Below, one piece after another: positions 58,022-64,000 of a DNA stretch of 64,000 nucleotides (positions are counted from its first letter, which is position 1; each line of letters starts with the position of its first letter). Under the pieces are notes generated by a model. That model worked only from the letters and a program-made list of their open reading frames with translations, ran no database searches and was not told where the DNA came from. Source of the DNA: Eledone cirrhosa (lineage: Eukaryota); assembly GCA_964016885.1 (NCBI GenBank), contig OZ024743.1, positions 318,928,001-318,992,000 of the forward strand, given 5' to 3'. Both the position numbers and the translations under genes were made by a program.

Positions 58022-58535
58022 TATCATCATCCGGCGGCCTCAGCCGAAATTGACTCAACAATTGATCTCCACGTGGGTCTGTCGTTCATTGCTGTTGCTA
58101 AATCCTGGATCTCAATACCAGAATCTCTGGAGATGATATCGGTATAGGAGAGTTTGTGCCCCCTATTATTAGTGACTGCTTGTGGCTTCCAAAGCACGAA
58201 TGGGGACAGATATGCGTGGGAGGCCTGCATATCTCTCTCTCAAAGTCAGATGTCGCCAGCTTATGTTCTGAATGTGTTGAAGCAGGCAAGTGTAAGTGCT
58301 ATCAAGGCGTTTTTGTTTTTTGGATGAAAGCGTCCACGTTTCACTTCCATATCGCAGGATTGGCTGAATTGTTATTTGGAAGAGTCTGATTTTGGTGTGG
58401 TTGGAAAGATTTGAGCACCAAACTCGACCCATCTTGTTGCAAGATGACTATCCTTGGGCTTTTCTGGTGGCGAAATCCTTCTCAGAGTCCATGATCCAAG
58501 ACCCAAGATACTTGAAATCCTTGACTTGCTTGATA
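58022..58535 (-). mobile_element. RTE-like LINE 3' fragment
   Basis: KIRLFQ..ILRYGSETWTLS; LATAMNDRPTWRSIV; (GAT)n tail. Confidence 0.8.
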
Positions 58536-58546
58536 TCACATATATA

Positions 58547-58634
<88 letters not shown>

Positions 58635-58837
58635 CGTACGTACGTATGTATGTATGTATGTATGTATGTATGTATGTATGTATGTATGTATGTATGTATG
58701 TATGTATGTGGGTGTGTAAATAAACATCGGAGCGTCGAGTGAGTTGAAATGCTTAGAAAATTTAGAAAATCTATGTATGTATGTATCTACCTATTTATCT
58801 ATCTCCCTCTATATATATTTAAATACATATAAACAAG

Positions 58838-58904
<67 letters not shown>

Positions 58905-58912
58905 TTATATAT

Positions 58913-59112
58913 ATAGGAAAAGAGTCAGGACCCTGACGGCTGAGCTCCGGCCGTTTCAACAGCTAGATCCTGTTCGGATTTAGCTGTCGAAACGGCCGGA
59001 TCTCAGCCGTCAGGGTCCTGACTCTTTTCCTATTACCCATTCTACTACCCAAAGTATCAAGTACTCTAGTGCGTTATAGTCCACCTGATATCTTACCATA
59101 CCCTCTTTGTTA
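58913..59112 (+). mobile_element. Fold-back half-hammerhead element (copy 4)
   Basis: Palindrome centred at GATCC-TGTTC-GGATT; GAAA-CGGC..GCCG-TC-AGGGTC; family tail. Confidence 0.8.
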
Positions 59113-59290
59113 TATATATATAAAATACAATATGTAGAAAAGGTAACACACTAGAGAGAGATAGTGTGCCATCAATAAAACAGGGAAAACCACCAGTGTA
59201 TGGAATCTATAATCTATGGAAGGCAGGGTAGACACACAATAATTAAAAATATAAATTAAAATGTATATACGCACCTCTATAACTATATAA

Positions 59291-59375
59291 CACACGCGTA
59301 CAAATCCAAAGAGATCTGTTTCGCCAGGAAGTTGTTGACTGAAATGGAATAGCCTACGGTTCATCAGCGCGTGCA
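59291..59375 (-). ncRNA. Full-length type I hammerhead ribozyme
   Basis: Reverse complement TGCACGCG-CTGATGA-(helix II)-GAAA-CAGATC tctttg GATTTG-TA-CGCGTGTG. Confidence 0.8.
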
Positions 59376-59877
59376 AGACTATACATTCCAGACAACTCTA
59401 AGAGAATCTAAAGCGACCGTCCTGCTACACGTGGCAGAGAGATGTCACAGCGTGCTTAGAGCAGTGAACCAGTGGTATCTGAGGGACGAGCTGCTAGAAA
59501 GGGCAGCCCAAAAACCACTCAAAGAAGTGTGCTCAACAAAACAGAGATAGAGGAAAGACTGTTATAAGGAGCGAAATATCACGATAAATTAACGGAGCCA
59601 TAAACTCAGGATTCCTTTTCCTTTGAGCACATTATTGACAAGGAATAACGAGCACTCTATCACAAAATTATTTTTGAAAAGCATAAGAAATGCGCAACCG
59701 AATACTAACTAATACTGAATACTAACTAATACTTAATACTGAATACGCAACTGAATACTAACTAATACTTATTACTAATTTATACTTATTCCTAATTAAA
59801 CTATTTTTCACTGGGAAAAATTTGTCAGCATTTTCTTTTCCTTTTTACTAATATATATATATATATATATATATATA

Positions 59878-60090
59878 CACGAGGGTGGGGTGAAATATTC
59901 ATAGCCTGACTTGAAGGAGTGATGCTAGAGCTGTGAAATCTTGCATGCATTAATTTCAACTCTTCTTATTAATAACTGGATTGTTTCATTCCAAGTAAAC
60001 TGAAATCCGACTGTTGAAAGAAGACTTCAAACGTAATTAGTAGCGACTTCTCTTGAAAATGGACAACATTTGGCATCGTGATATTCCAGC
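59878..60090 (+). mobile_element. mariner-like transposon 5' end
   Basis: TA-CACGAGGGTGGGGTGAAA terminus and start MDNIWHRDI, truncated by TA repeat. Confidence 0.45.
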
Positions 60091-60112
60091 AAATATATAT
60101 ATATATACATAC

Positions 60113-60144
<32 letters not shown>

Positions 60145-60674
60145 GTGTGTGTATGGGATGGTAGTCATTAATGTTGTCACCTTTTCTAGATTTACTGGCA
60201 TGTAGATCAACAAAACTAATTTAATTCTTTTTGAATTATTCAATATTACAACTGCTTGAGGGTGGTGGATTGGCAAAGTTGGTAGTTCGTTGGAGAAAAT
60301 GATTTTCGATAAATAGCTATAGCTCTTCACGTTCTGAGTTGAAATCCCACTGAGATCGTTTTGCCTTTCATCCTTCCGGGTTCGATGAAATAAAGTACCT
60401 GTTAATCACTGGGGTTGATGTAATTGACTTATTCCCCACTCCTTTGTACCCCCACGCCCAATCATGTTGCCTTAATTATATGCCAATACTGCAACTATAT
60501 AACAACTGTTGTTCCGGGTGGAACCTTTTCCTTTAACTCGTGATGAAGTCTCTGGGGCGCCATTCTGACGCACGGCATGTCATGGGAATGTTAAACCTGG
60601 GTGGACCCATCTCTCTCAAGATCGAAAGACTTTCTTTCGGAGAGGAAAAAGGAAAGAACGAGCGAGAGAGAGAG

Positions 60675-60735
<61 letters not shown>

Positions 60736-61299
60736 AACAGAGATATAGAGAAACTGAGAAAGCGAGAGAGAAAAAAGAAAGACTGATCCTAGAAATAGGA
60801 TTAGTATTTCATTCGTCGACGTTGAAAGCAAAATTGACCTCAGTGGGATTTGAACTCAGAACGAAGTCGAAGTGAGCTGGCCAAAAAACAACGCCCCTAA
60901 CGATTCTGCCAATTTGCCGCCCACCGGAAAGACCGAAAGATCACAAATGACGGCATTTCTGGTCAGTATGATTCAATTTCTGAATGTCCCGTTTAGAAAC
61001 TTGAGAAAGCGAAGTATAATCGTTTTTGTTATTTTCTCTACATGCTACTCTTACCCATCATCTATATTTTTAAAGACAATTATGTAGTATTCAACTTCTA
61101 TTTTTGGACCTGCCCCATAATTAGTAGAATTATTAGCATTATTTAATACTGGTGGCCAATAAAGAAATCATTATTAGCATTATTTAAACGTGTCTTATCT
61201 CTATGTTAATAAATACTTTCATCATCCCTCTAAACAAATTAATGTATCATATATAAAGTTTGTGTCACACATTCACACAAATTCTTACATACATTGCTG

Positions 61300-61344
<45 letters not shown>

Positions 61345-61568
61345 AGTGAAAAAGATATGAAGGCGGACATGTATATATATATATATATATATATATAACT
61401 GAACAAAAAGGGAAAACGAACACAGACATATATATATGTGTTCAAATCGTAATGGACCAAAATCGCTAAGGTGAAAAAAATACTAACTACAGACAATAGG
61501 GTTTGCTAGACTCAATTTAAGAATAAATTAAGAAAAATAAATACAGACCAGTATTGTGGTAACTACCA

Positions 61569-61629
61569 TCACCCAGACGGTCTTTGATAGAACCGTTTCG
61601 CAATATTATTTGTGCTCATCAGTGGGTGA
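61569..61629 (-). ncRNA. Canonical full-length type I hammerhead (GUC site)
   Basis: Reverse complement TCACCCA-CTGATGA-GCA caaataatat TGC-GAAA-CGGT tctatcaaag ACCG-TC-TGGGTGA. Confidence 0.9.
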
Positions 61630-62030
61630 AGAAATTAGTATCCTCCTCACTTCTAAATCAAATAGAAAACTGGAAATTGTGTGTATATATATAACGCACA
61701 TGGTTCCCGAACTTAGCGTGTCGCGCAGACTTACGCCACTAAAAAGAGCAGCCGGGTCTACACGACATTTGAAATAGCTCTACGAATTAACGGAGCCGAA
61801 TATATCAAAAGTATGTATTGAGTTAGAAACTCAAATTAGTCTCATTACAGTAAATTAGCTCTAGGAAAAAGGTTTTTTCCGAGCCGTATATATGTCGTGT
61901 AGACCCGGCTGTTATTTTTAGTGGCGTAAGTCTCCGCGACACGCTAAGTTCGGGAAACATGTGCGTTATATATACACACACAATTTCCAGTTTTCTATTT
62001 GATTTAGAAGTGAGGAAGATACTAATTTCC

Positions 62031-62113
62031 TCACCCACTGATGAGCCTGGAATTTTGTATACCTCTTCACAAATAATATTGCGAAACGGTTCTATCAAAG
62101 ACCGTCTGGGTGA
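62031..62113 (+). ncRNA. Type I hammerhead with 22-nt longer helix II region
   Basis: Same as 61569 plus CTGGAATTTTGTATACCTCTTC. Confidence 0.85.
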
Positions 62114-62389
62114 TGGTAGTTACCACAATACTGGTTTGTATTTATTTTCTTAATTTATTCTTAAATTGAGTCTAGCAAACCCTATTGTCTGTAGTTAGTA
62201 TTTTTTCACCTTAGCGATTTTGGTCCATTACGATTTGAACACACATATATATATGTCTGTGTTCGTTTTTCCTTTTTGTTCAGTTATATACGGCTCGGAA
62301 AAATCTTTTTCCTAGAGCTAATTTACTGTAATGAGACTATTTTGAGTTTCTAACTCAATACATACTTTTGATATATATATACATATATT

Positions 62390-62505
<116 letters not shown>

Positions 62506-62514
62506 TATATGTAT

Positions 62515-62600
<86 letters not shown>

Positions 62601-62613
62601 TGGGTTATATATT

Positions 62614-62677
<64 letters not shown>

Positions 62678-63136
62678 TGTATTTCGTAGCTTAGTTAGGA
62701 GGAATTTGCTATGTGACCATGACTTTCACTGGCTCTTTGAGACTGGTGAAATCAGAATGATTTATGTTCATCTAGAATATTTGTAACTCGATACTTGCAG
62801 AAAAAGACGTGGGAGAGGATGGAATCCTGGAACGTTCACACTCTTGTGCGATGTTATTAATACGAGGCCAAGGCAGTAAGACATAGTGTAGGTGACAAAT
62901 AAGAGAAACGGGTATGGAGGAGCTATATTACAAGGTAGATAGATACGTACTTTTATATAGAAGTGTTGGATGAATGAGTACGCTCACTTTCTCCTCACCA
63001 TTTCTCTCTCTATATATATGTATTAATAATATATTTATGATATATTAATGTTTATATATATAAATATAAATATAAATATAAATATAAATAAATATATATA
63101 TATTTATACATTTACATCTCATTCTGTCTGTCTGTC

Positions 63137-63193
<57 letters not shown>

Positions 63194-63449
63194 GTACACA
63201 CACGCACACACATATATATATATATATAGTTAATGATTGAAACAAACAAAACACAGGAGACTATGTTATACAATATATATTAGTTTCACACTTATATGTA
63301 TGAGAGAGGGGGCGGGGAGAAAGATAGATAAAAATGTGTGCGTGTGTGCGTTTGTATTTATATGTGTTTGTATATGTACGTTTGTATATATATATATATA
63401 AAATAATTAAGTCAAATATTTAAAATTTGGCTTCGTTTATTAAAGATGT

Positions 63450-63504
63450 ACTGCTATATATATTTCGGTGACAGCCATCATTGGCTGTGACCTCTTCAGG
63501 CAGT
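63450..63504 (-). ncRNA. Type I hammerhead ribozyme
   Basis: Inverted copy of 63766-63820. Confidence 0.82.
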
Positions 63505-63547
63505 CCGAATTGTTGAGCGCTTCAAACAGTAGCGAACTTAAGTTACA

Positions 63548-63721
63548 ATGGAAAAACTGGCAAGGTTGGCGTCACTGAAAGATATCCTCCTACCTGGGAA
63601 ACGAGAATACACCAGTGATTTCATCAAGAGTACGGACTCCCTTGTCCGTAGGATGAGATGGAGGGCGTTCCACTTTGAAAGAGGAACGCCTAAAATTACC
63701 AACACCCAAAACATGGAGTAA
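63548..63721 (+). pseudogene. N-terminal fragment of a Penelope-like ORF
   Basis: MEKLARLASLKDILLPGKREYTSDFIKSTDSLVRRMRWRAFHF resembles the S.K.I..P....Y...I.....RMRW.A.F N-terminus of invertebrate PLE proteins. Confidence 0.6.
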
Positions 63722-63765
63722 AATACTTCAACAACATGTGTACCTGTCTCTACCACACCAATTCG

Positions 63766-63820
63766 ACTGCCTGAAGAGGTCACAGCCAATGATGGCTGTC
63801 ACCGAAATATATATAGCAGT
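63766..63820 (+). ncRNA. Type I hammerhead ribozyme
   Basis: ACTGC-CTGAAGA-GGTc ACAGCCA atga TGGCTGT cACC-GAAA-TATATA-TA-GCAGT. Confidence 0.82.
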
Positions 63821-64000
63821 ACATCTTTAATAAAGGAAGCCAAATTTTAAATATTTAACTTAATTATTTTACATTACTCCGGAGTAACCAAACCAACCTG
63901 CGTACTTCGTCGAGTGCTCCAATTTTCATACTGAGGTGTCGGTAAACAGCCAATATATACTAATCTCTCTCTCTCTATATATATATATATATAAGAGGGC

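Larger units (their letters stand above)
61395..62375. mobile_element. Inverted/permuted pLTR cassette with two full-length hammerheads
   Basis: 61395-61768 inverts to 61893-62290; 61801-61890 inverts to 62288-62375. Confidence 0.9.

Overview
Gene-poor, extremely repeat-rich eukaryotic DNA, probably from an octopus or related cephalopod. This is inferred from the SINE/LINE content and long (TA)n/(TATG)n tracts. No host gene can be confidently supported, and most long ORFs in the track are microsatellite artefacts. Recognisable elements: a young 5'-truncated Penelope-like retroelement (RT + GIY-YIG) with inverted terminal repeats, further PLE fragments, R4/Dong-, CRE-, RTE- and Tx1-like LINE remnants, a maT (DD37D) and a decayed Tc1 transposon, a Tc2-like MITE, many tRNA-derived SINEs, a 5S pseudogene and a G/C-skewed minisatellite. 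The main hidden signal is a dense set of type I hammerhead ribozyme (HHR) motifs: 23 with an intact core by manual reading, plus degenerate and half copies, from many different sequence families, almost all next to (TA)n. They include a head-to-head array of apparently identical 466-bp HHR-bearing units (a retrozyme-like candidate circular-RNA retroelement carrying an octamer motif) and repeated outward-facing inverted cassettes. There is also a family of fold-back palindromes that all break at helix II of an HHR. All structures were read by eye; ribozyme activity and expression are untested, and SINE/LINE boundaries are approximate.
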